From: a virus
Lineage: Duplodnaviria; Caudoviricetes
Direction: 5' to 3' (one strand)
DNA length: 47,817 bases
IMG/VR virus record: IMGVR_UViG_3300026196_000007
Location: 1-47,817 of that record
The notes below the pieces were generated by a model that searched no databases, was not told where the DNA came from, and worked only from the letters and a program-made list of their open reading frames with translations. This document shows, piece after piece, positions 17,207 through 24,367 of this stretch. Within the stretch, counting starts at the first letter, position 1. Each line of letters starts with the position of its first letter. The translations under genes and the position numbers were made by a program.

Positions 17207-17971
17207 TGACAATATCGCACGACCAATAATCTCCGGTATCTGCGGGATCACGGCGTTTCCGAGCTTGTTAATTCTGTCCACCTTATTGGGTAGCCCATCA
17301 ACCACTCTAGCCATTCCGGGTTCAATCCAGAGCTGCACATTTTCTTTCTCTGCCCCACTCCCACTATCTTGTCCAGTTTGTCCTTGGCCGCAGATCCACC
17401 GCCCAACCCAACCGGCCCCCCTCCCGGCAAACCGCGACTGCACGGAGTAGGCCACAATATAGCATCGGTCGCGCACTTGAGGGGAGCCAACGACATGACC
17501 TGGTATACAATGCCATTCTGCATCGTACCCGAGCGCGGCAAGGGAGTTAAGCACTTCCGCAAGTCCGTCAGCGCACAGCCTAGCGACATTTTCCGCAAGC
17601 ACGAATTTCGGGTTAGCTTCTTCGACAAGCCTACGCATCTCTCGCCAGAGGGAGCTTTGTTTCCCTTTAAGCCCTTCCATTTTCCCTGCCCTACTAATGT
17701 CTTGACAGGGGAACCCTCCGCAAATAACGTCAACTGCTTCTGGTAAGTCTGCTGCATGTAATTGCCTCACGTCTTCAAATATCGGCACATCAGGCCAGTG
17801 CTTTGCTAATACCTTGCGCGGAAAAGGTTCGATTTCACAAAAGGCTATCGTCCTAAATCCACCTGTCCGTTCCAATCCAAGAGAAAAACCTCCAATGCCG
17901 CTAAATAGATCAAGCACTGTATAACAAGGCGCTACACAAGGATTTGCTAACATGTCGGCATTTTCGGCCAT
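17201..17971 (-). CDS. dcm: C5-cytosine DNA methyltransferase
   Basis: LDLFSGIGG, GGFPCQD, ENV, RDRCYIV, LGNAV. Confidence 0.93.
   Translation of the reverse strand: MAENADMLANPCVAPCYTVLDLFSGIGGFSLGLERTGGFRTIAFCEIEPFPRKVLAKHWPDVPIFEDVRQLHAADLPEAVDVICGGFPCQDISRAGKMEGLKGKQSSLWREMRRLVEEANPKFVLAENVARLCADGLAEVLNSLAALGYDAEWHCIPGHVVGSPQVRDRCYIVAYSVQSRFAGRGAGWVGRWICGQGQTGQDSGSGAEKENVQLWIEPGMARVVDGLPNKVDRINKLGNAVIPQIPEIIGRAILSV
17248..17757 (-). CDS. Nested alternative-frame ORF inside dcm
   Basis: 169 aa open frame ending LNPEWLEWLMGYPIRWT. Confidence 0.45.
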   Translation of the reverse strand: MQQTYQKQLTLFAEGSPVKTLVGQGKWKGLKGNKAPSGERCVGLSKKLTRNSCLRKMSLGCALTDLRKCLTPLPRSGTMQNGIVYQVMSLAPLKCATDAILWPTPCSRGLPGGGPVGLGGGSAAKDKLDKIVGVGQRKKMCSSGLNPEWLEWLMGYPIRWTELTSSETP

Positions 17972-18048
17972 CTTCTCACTTCCCTATTTCATCTTTAATT
18001 CATACTCACAGGTTCTAAGCCGCAAACCTGTGAGCTAAGGCGTTATTT
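17919..18048 (+). mobile_element. Long attC-like site containing the dcm start
   Basis: GTATAAC-AAGGC-GCTACACA-AGGATTTGC...GCAAACC-TGTGAGC-TAAGGC-GTTATTT. Confidence 0.85.
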
Positions 18049-18540
18049 GTCAACAGAAAACAGTGCAGCGGTCCCTACCCTTCGGCTTAACACACAACTT
18101 GAGCCGGACAGAGATGCTTTGCGAAATCCATTGGTGCCCCCGTATTCAGGATCAACAGCGGCACCAGTGTTACTGTCCTTGCTCAGCTTTTCCCACTCGG
18201 ATTGCGGTTTTTTCGGCGGGGTTCGTCCGCCGAGGTCTTTGAGCAACGCCTCGTCCACCACCGCCGCCACTTGCCGCCGCAGGTGCCTCGACAGGGTGGA
18301 ACGGTTAACGCCATATTTGCTCGCCATCGCCGTGACCCCGAGCCGTTGTCCAGTCTGTTTGATTGTGTATATGATTCCGGTCCCTGATGGCCGTAGAGCC
18401 TGGTCTGTGAGCCGTTGAGGCCGATCCAACGCTTTCCAACGGTAGTACAATGTGTGGTAAGGGAGGCCGTATTCCTTGGCAAAGTTTTTAAGCAAGTCAG
18501 TCTTCCCTTTGTATGATACTCGTATTCTCTTGGCTACCAT
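18043..18540 (-). CDS. Hypothetical protein with HTH-like segments
   Basis: AKEYGLPYHTLYYR and ASKYGVNRSTLSRH. Confidence 0.6.
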   Translation of the reverse strand: MVAKRIRVSYKGKTDLLKNFAKEYGLPYHTLYYRWKALDRPQRLTDQALRPSGTGIIYTIKQTGQRLGVTAMASKYGVNRSTLSRHLRRQVAAVVDEALLKDLGGRTPPKKPQSEWEKLSKDSNTGAAVDPEYGGTNGFRKASLSGSSCVLSRRVGTAALFSVDK

Positions 18541-18547
18541 AATCTTT

Positions 18548-18790
18548 TCACCTTGGGTTTTTACAAAGAAAGAAATCGGCCCAAGTCGGGCTAGGTATTT
18601 TGCTTAAAGCCTGTTTTTCATCTTCAGAAACCATAACAAGCCCTGGGCGGCCCCTTTTTCCAAGTTCGCACGAGTTAATTTTGCCCCCTCCAGCACGGGC
18701 AAGTTTTATTATAGTCGAGTGGCTGCGTTTCAAGCGCTTTGCTGCGGTATAAGTGGCAACAGTCCGCCCGTCTAGTTTTATTTTTTTCAA
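18548..18790 (-). CDS. Hypothetical basic protein, HTH-like
   Basis: AAKRLKRSHSTIIKL. Confidence 0.5.
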   Translation of the reverse strand: MKKIKLDGRTVATYTAAKRLKRSHSTIIKLARAGGGKINSCELGKRGRPGLVMVSEDEKQALSKIPSPTWADFFLCKNPR

Positions 18791-18965
18791 TTTTCTTTAG
18801 TCATCCCACTCCTCGCGAAAAAGGATCTCAATACACTCCAGAAAACCTACGAAACAGATTACTGCGAACGCTGCTTCCATATCATCTCTCCTTTAATTTC
18901 CGCCACCACTTTAAGCCGGTGGCTGATTATTTCATCCAGTCTCAACGGCGGGGTGCGCGTTATCT

Positions 18966-19646
18966 CTAAGGTAGCCACTGCCACCATCTGCCGCCATGCC
19001 CCGGATAGTCAAGGCATGTCCAATATGTATCGTTATGCCTCCCTGTTTGGTGTTTATGCCAATGGCCGAAAAACCACTGAGCCGGTTTATATTTCTCTAA
19101 TATCCGGTCAAGGGCTATTCTGTTGCTGTCACGATGCTTTCCTTCACTGCCAACAACATCAAAAGATCCCGGGCAAGTGTGGCTTATAATAATGTCAACC
19201 CTTTCCTCTATAGCCATAGCCATCTCAAACTCAGGCAAGCTGATATTTTCTTCGGAATACCAATCATGCCCCGGGGTTCGCATGTTCTTGTCAATTGAAT
19301 CAGCCCCACCGATAAATAAGACATTCCTGCCATCAGGCAGAGTTAAAACGCTGCCCCTTGATGCGTGGTAGACACCTTCGTACATTTCGTGTATAAGGCC
19401 ATCCTGGGTAAGCAATTGGTGCTCCTCATGATTGCCATCACACCAATACACATTTGCTCCGTTAGGCTTAACACCACGTAACATCCATATTTTCTGTCTT
19501 CCATATAACACAGGCTTGGGGACCTCCATTTTCGGCCACCAGCCAAAATCACCGCATTGCAAAACAATTTCCGGTTTCTTCTTTGTTAACAGAGTATTGA
19601 GTCTCGCCCAATCTCCATGGATATCTCCAACTATCAAGGTTTTCAT
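18966..19646 (-). CDS. Calcineurin-like metallophosphoesterase
   Basis: GDIHG, GDFG, GNHE, SHTCP, FGHWH. Confidence 0.92.
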   Translation of the reverse strand: MKTLIVGDIHGDWARLNTLLTKKKPEIVLQCGDFGWWPKMEVPKPVLYGRQKIWMLRGVKPNGANVYWCDGNHEEHQLLTQDGLIHEMYEGVYHASRGSVLTLPDGRNVLFIGGADSIDKNMRTPGHDWYSEENISLPEFEMAMAIEERVDIIISHTCPGSFDVVGSEGKHRDSNRIALDRILEKYKPAQWFFGHWHKHQTGRHNDTYWTCLDYPGHGGRWWQWLP

Positions 19647-19999
19647 AATTTTAACCAAACCAATGGCTTGCCTGCATCTTCGCGAGCGGCACAAGGCGCT
19701 CCACCACAGAGGATCGTTGCCGGACAATCTGACATATTGGCGGCAGCCTTGAAGGCCAGCTCTCGATTATAACCGCACGGGACCCTGACCAAGCCTCCAC
19801 CTGGCATGGTAAAAACGACATCAAACTGTTTTTGCGGAAGGGGTATTGGGTCGATGAGGCGAAGTGGAACACAGGATGTTTCGCCGTCCTCTGCCTCTAT
19901 TACAGCCATGTTGCGGCTATAAGACTTGATCCGGTAAGTTGTCATCGAGTAGGGGTTTGCTTTAACCCGCATCCCGTTTGCTGCGTCTTCGTAAGTCAT
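19643..19999 (-). CDS. Hypothetical protein
   Basis: 118 aa, GAGG RBS, stop overlaps the next start. Confidence 0.6.
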   Translation of the reverse strand: MTYEDAANGMRVKANPYSMTTYRIKSYSRNMAVIEAEDGETSCVPLRLIDPIPLPQKQFDVVFTMPGGGLVRVPCGYNRELAFKAAANMSDCPATILCGGAPCAAREDAGKPLVWLKL

Positions 20000-20202
20000 T
20001 TTCGGTCCTCAACGGTTATTTCAGGGTCACGTCCTGCGGCACAGGTCAGTATTGCGAGTATTCCTGGGACGGTCAGCAAAAGCATGATTATTGTGGGTGT
20101 CATTTTTCTCTCCTCCCTGGCTAGCCCGTGGCCAGCCGCTCACGTCAATGTTGTAGTGGGCCATCAAGTGGCTCGTCCGCTTGATGGCGGCGTTAGGCCT
20201 CA

Positions 20203-20400
20203 TCAGTCAGCGTCCAGCGCCGCCTGAATGCACTGCTTCATTCCGTCCCAGTACTTTATGTAGGCGTCTACGTCAACATCGCCACGCGGAAATATCCCAA
20301 GCTCGCAAGCCTTCTTTACTGCGGCATGAAGCATTTGATCGCTGGCAACGCGGCTTTGTTCGGTGTTCGTGGTGTCGTCAGTCATTGTCTTTGTCTCCAA
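20203..20400 (-). CDS. Hypothetical protein
   Basis: 65 aa, same strand as its neighbours. Confidence 0.55.
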   Translation of the reverse strand: METKTMTDDTTNTEQSRVASDQMLHAAVKKACELGIFPRGDVDVDAYIKYWDGMKQCIQAALDAD

Positions 20401-20432
20401 GTTTGGCGGCTGCCTGCCGCACAGCTTTAGCG

Positions 20433-20636
20433 TTATAGATCCTTCACACTCATCGTATTATCCACCCCGCTTTGTTTCATCAATTCCCGCAGGAACGCCG
20501 CCTGCACCCTTGTCGGCCTCCGCTGCCCGGATTCGATCCTTGATATCTCTGTGTTAAAAATCCCCATTTTCTCGGCAAGCTGTGCTTGGGTTAGACCCAG
20601 GCCCAGTCGGGCTTGTTTGAATTCTTTGTTGGTCAT
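20433..20636 (-). CDS. XRE/Cro-like HTH regulator
   Basis: FKQARLGLGLTQAQLAEKMG...ISRIESG.R.P. Confidence 0.9.
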   Translation of the reverse strand: MTNKEFKQARLGLGLTQAQLAEKMGIFNTEISRIESGQRRPTRVQAAFLRELMKQSGVDNTMSVKDL

Positions 20637-20673
20637 TTTATCCCCTGGTTAAAATCTCGTCCTCTTGATTGAA

Positions 20674-20702
20674 AAGGTACACCATTGGTTAACCCCGCGC
20701 AA
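20674..20702 (-). promoter_or_regulatory. Putative sigma70 promoter for the HTH gene
   Basis: TTGCGC-17bp-TACCTT with a GGTTAACC palindrome in the spacer. Confidence 0.4.
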
Positions 20703-20844
20703 GCGGAAAATGCACAAAAAAATAGCCGACCACAGATTTACCATGGTCGGCCAGAAACAAATAGCGCGTTGTCGTCCACCAGGCCACCGTTTAGGACGCG
20801 CTAAAAAACACTCTGCCTGCGGTGGCGGGCAAGGAAATGAGGCA

Positions 20845-21012
20845 CTACATTAAACCACACCAATCCTCGTAATCGGTCATTTCGTCTGTATCTATAACAG
20901 ACAACCTCTTCAGGCAATTGCCGCAAACAAATTCCGGGCGGCGATCTTCGGCCAGGGCCATAATCCCGTTGCATACCGGGCAAAACATGATTGTACCCTC
21001 AATGTCAGGCAT
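20845..21012 (-). CDS. Small zinc-ribbon protein
   Basis: CPVC...CGNC; GGAGGAG RBS. Confidence 0.65.
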   Translation of the reverse strand: MPDIEGTIMFCPVCNGIMALAEDRRPEFVCGNCLKRLSVIDTDEMTDYEDWCGLM

Positions 21013-21212
21013 GAACTCTCCTCCGTAATTGTTTAGCACAGTTTAACTTACTATGCAAACAATGTGCATAAAAATAGCTCACAGGCAAGCGTGTCACGGT
21101 GAGATCAGCGAGAGCCGGTCCATGACGATCTTATGAGTTTCGGGACTGCCCAGGATTTATAACTCGAGCTTGCCGGATTAAAGGGGGCCTCAACATGGGT
21201 ATCATTTTTTTC

Positions 21213-21241
21213 TTGAACATAATGTCTTATCGTGGTATCAT
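21213..21241 (+). promoter_or_regulatory. Sigma70 promoter with extended -10 upstream of the non-coding element
   Basis: TTGAAC-17bp-TATCAT preceded by TGn; predicted start coincides with the first stem. Confidence 0.7.
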
Positions 21242-21248
21242 TTTATCA

Positions 21249-21690
21249 CCCAGAACAAGATAATAAACTAGCTTTATCTAACCCCTTTAAGGGGGTACCG
21301 TTGTCTTGTTCTGGGGAACGTCTTCATTGGTACTCTTTTAAAGGGGTTTTTTATTCAGAATTTTTCGCCCCGGCAATGCACTGGCCCAAGAAATAACCTG
21401 TGTAGCAGTTAGTGCTAAATACCATGGTATCGCGTTTTCCCCCCGAACGCACTTTTGATAAACGGGCTTTGATGTGGCAAATAATCGGCGGTGTCCGGTT
21501 CAGGTGACTGCGACCTTTCTAAACGGCAGAGCACAGGTGGTATGGTCCACTTTAAAAAAACAGCCCGATAAACGATACCTGGAGCCGACTCGGCTGGCCT
21601 CTATACCCTGATCGGGGCCGTTGTTCTTCGATGAGAGCTTGTTTAACAGCTTTTATTTAGGAGCCACAAAAACGGGGGTGGGGGTGCTTT
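21249..21690 (+). ncRNA. Candidate structured non-coding element, copy 2
   Basis: No ORF in the track; interleaved G-U-containing stems; motifs and covarying stems shared with 841-1300. Confidence 0.65.
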
Positions 21691-21729
21691 GCCCTGTGGA
21701 ATACCAGCGATGGTAGCCATTTTTTAATG

Positions 21730-22185
21730 TCAGACATAAACCCTCGTTATTAATGGGGATCTTGACAACATGCCGGGCGATACCTCCTGCGATTCCGCCC
21801 GCAGCAAGTGAATACCGGCAAACCTAAACGCTGCAAACACCAGCTCTGAGCAAAACCATTTATCATTCGGAGGCATGTGGCGCCGGGAGATGAACCTGGC
21901 TACCGACCAGTAGTCGTACCCCGCACCGACCCTCGACCTGGCGAATCCTATCACCTCATTCCAGGCCGCAGCTGTAGCAGATGGCACGGCGTAAATTTCA
22001 ACTCCATCCCAACTATCAAGCCCCCTTTTTATCCTGACACCGGCCCCGAGCCCTTGCCAAGCCTCGATGATATCCCCATTAGGCAGCAAAAGCGCAGCGT
22101 GGGAATATTTCGACCTTGTTTGCCACCGAATCAAAGCGGAGATTACCCCTTTGCCTCTAAACAGGAGGAGGCATGGCTCATCCAT
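21730..22185 (-). CDS. Permuted papain-like NlpC/P60 amidase (YiiX/YebB-like)
   Basis: SKYSHAAL...G.GYD...WFCSELV (His before Cys); likely start MDEP. Confidence 0.85.
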   Translation of the reverse strand: MDEPCLLLFRGKGVISALIRWQTRSKYSHAALLLPNGDIIEAWQGLGAGVRIKRGLDSWDGVEIYAVPSATAAAWNEVIGFARSRVGAGYDYWSVARFISRRHMPPNDKWFCSELVFAAFRFAGIHLLRAESQEVSPGMLSRSPLITRVYV

Positions 22186-22597
22186 TGCGCAACATCTCCG
22201 CAATCTCAAGTGCCCTGCCGGGTGAGTCGTGCCGTGCCCATTTGGAGTCAAGCATCTCGATAGAGGCACCTAGGAAATCACCGGTTTCAATCATCGAGAT
22301 GGTCTTTTCGAATCCTGCGAGGCCATCAATCCCCATTTGATAGGCCATGTCGAGGAGGGCGATCTTCCTGGTCGGGGCGAGCCCGGCAAACCACGGCCAC
22401 CTTGCACTCATAGATAGCTGGAGCTTCCTGATCCTAAACCCCGCAAGGTACCTAGCCTCATCCTCTGGCATCCCAGCGTCGAGGTTGTATCCGTACCCTA
22501 TGGTTAGTTTGCCAGAGGGGCACCTATAAGCATGCTTTCGGTAACCCTCGTGGCGGGTAATTAGGGTCAACGCCCTTTCGCACATATTAGCACTCAT
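22178..22597 (-). CDS. Endolysin, phage lysozyme (GH24-like)
   Basis: HEGYR..AYRC..GKLTIGYG; DMAYQMG; MLDSKWAR. Confidence 0.92.
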   Translation of the reverse strand: MSANMCERALTLITRHEGYRKHAYRCPSGKLTIGYGYNLDAGMPEDEARYLAGFRIRKLQLSMSARWPWFAGLAPTRKIALLDMAYQMGIDGLAGFEKTISMIETGDFLGASIEMLDSKWARHDSPGRALEIAEMLRNG

Positions 22598-22799
22598 TTT
22601 CTACCACCTCAACGCACCCGTGGGGGCACGATCCTGTAAAATTATTAATCCTTACTGAGTGCTCGTTCCCAGCGGAATCGCTCAGGAGGATTGGGCCGTT
22701 CAGGGCTATCTGTGCCCACATCTCTAGGTCTACCGTCCGGCAGGGCTTCTTGCACAACGTTTTGCTGCACCGGCTGTGATGAATGATGATTTTCTTCAT
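22587..22799 (-). CDS. Ferredoxin-like protein B
   Basis: KIII...C-x4-C-x3-C...SCPHGCV. Confidence 0.5.
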   Translation of the reverse strand: MKKIIIHHSRCSKTLCKKPCRTVDLEMWAQIALNGPILLSDSAGNEHSVRINNFTGSCPHGCVEVVENEC

Positions 22800-22806
22800 A
22801 TTCGCC

Positions 22807-23007
22807 TCATCGAAACTCAATTGCTCCGCGTGGGCAGGCTTCGACTATAGCGTTAATACGTGCTGAGTTTTCGGCTACAGCCCATTGACCTACCAGTATT
22901 GACCCGTTCTCCATCAGATATCCGTATAGCTCCCGATCCGCTGCTTTGCACTGTAGAGCACACTGTTTCATGCACAGTCTTTGGTCTATCACAATTTTCT
23001 GCTGCAT
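22807..23007 (-). CDS. Ferredoxin-like protein A
   Basis: KIVIDQRLC-x3-C-x3-C...EACPRGAI. Confidence 0.6.
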   Translation of the reverse strand: MQQKIVIDQRLCMKQCALQCKAADRELYGYLMENGSILVGQWAVAENSARINAIVEACPRGAIEFR

Positions 23008-23108
23008 TTTTGCACCACCTCAGAATTTGCTCAAGCATCGGTCTTGAGATCGGAATACTCTTCCCAGTCATTTTATCCAAGATAGCATATCGGGAGAATT
23101 CTGGCATG

Positions 23109-23777
23109 TCAATAACTCAAATTGATAGTGGCTGTATGATTAACTGTATCAAGCTTCATCGTCCCGGTGATTTTGAAATCAGCAGGAGGTAATGGTGGCT
23201 GGGCCTCAACAGCTGGAATAACCACGGCAACGCTCGGCGCTGACTCATTCCCGCCCAAATCAACCGCTGAGACTGTAGCGCTGATCTCCCCGGTGGGCAT
23301 ATCAACAGCGGTGTAGTTTTTGTTCCCACTTGAGTCTGTGGATGGCAGCCCAGCGTCGATGGCCCCACCATTGACCCTGATGACGTAACCGCGCAGATCT
23401 GATTCTGGCCGCTTTTCCCAGGTAAAAACAACCGTGGTTCCTTCCCTTACAGCTGACAAACCATCAGGAGAGCCAGGCGTCGGATCGGCTATAATCTCAT
23501 TGCTGTATGGCGAGACATCTTCGCCTCGCTCGGCTGTTATTGAATAGTATTGCTTACCGTCGGGTAGCTTTCTGGCATCAAAGTACATGCGGCCATCTGC
23601 TGATACTTTGGGCAGTCCGCACGGGATCGATTCGGTATACACTCCTGCTGCTGATCCGTGGTGGATCGTGTATCCGGTGATCCCCTCGTCTGTATTTGGT
23701 ATCCAACTAGATGTCAAATCTGCTCCAACTGCAGTAGTTGTCGACATCAGCACAAGAATAAAAAGTAATCTGGTCAT
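23109..23777 (-). CDS. Secreted protein with two fibronectin type III-like domains
   Basis: Signal peptide; W...GY.I...VSAVD.GGNESAPS pattern, present twice. Confidence 0.8.
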   Translation of the reverse strand: MTRLLFILVLMSTTTAVGADLTSSWIPNTDEGITGYTIHHGSAAGVYTESIPCGLPKVSADGRMYFDARKLPDGKQYYSITAERGEDVSPYSNEIIADPTPGSPDGLSAVREGTTVVFTWEKRPESDLRGYVIRVNGGAIDAGLPSTDSSGNKNYTAVDMPTGEISATVSAVDLGGNESAPSVAVVIPAVEAQPPLPPADFKITGTMKLDTVNHTATINLSY

Positions 23778-23856
23778 GATTTTTCCTCATGTCTCTTCAT
23801 AAGCTCAATGGTCTCGGTGGCTTGATAATCGGCTACACCATAGAACTGCCTGGAGA

Positions 23857-24357
23857 TCATCTCAACAATGCAGCAAGCTGCTCGTCAGTTGACTTAAGGA
23901 TTATTCCCTTCATAACGTCCCAACACTGAGGCGCTGTCGGATCAACCACAGAAACCATGCCCAGCTCATTTGCTCGTCGCGTGTATGCTGCAATCAACAA
24001 ATCAACCAGTGCCTGCTGCTTCCAGTTCATCCCAGACTTAAACCCTGTAATTGTGATCTTGGGGTCTTTCCTTACTGCGGTTACGGAAGCGATTTGCAAC
24101 TCATATTTTTCCTTTTCAGATAAGTTCAAGATGCTGCTTCTGGTTGTTTCCTCAAACGCCGGGAAGGTCAGTCCAAGCTCTTTGATCTTAGCATTACACT
24201 CTTCTTGTGTCCCACAAAAGACATTTTGAACTGTAACTGTTTCACGGTCTGATTGCTCAAATACGTTTATTATATTATCGTTTCCATATATGAGACGCCA
24301 GCAATCTATGGCTGGGATCTTCTTAACGACAAGCTGTGATTCTTTTATATCTACCAT
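23857..24357 (-). CDS. Hypothetical protein
   Basis: 166 aa, AAGGAG RBS. Confidence 0.7.
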   Translation of the reverse strand: MVDIKESQLVVKKIPAIDCWRLIYGNDNIINVFEQSDRETVTVQNVFCGTQEECNAKIKELGLTFPAFEETTRSSILNLSEKEKYELQIASVTAVRKDPKITITGFKSGMNWKQQALVDLLIAAYTRRANELGMVSVVDPTAPQCWDVMKGIILKSTDEQLAALLR

Positions 24358-24367
24358 TACGGCTCCT

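Noticed and set aside
8830-18048. Recurring intergenic palindromes as a CRISPR array or simple terminators
   Set aside because: They vary in sequence and length, are separated by whole genes, lack U tails, and fit attC box architecture
18895-18965. Possible additional attC ending GTTATCT at 18959
   Set aside because: No AAC box or pairing L boxes found
20325-20438. Complete attC upstream of the HTH gene stop
   Set aside because: Only the right half is recognisable; counted as a half site
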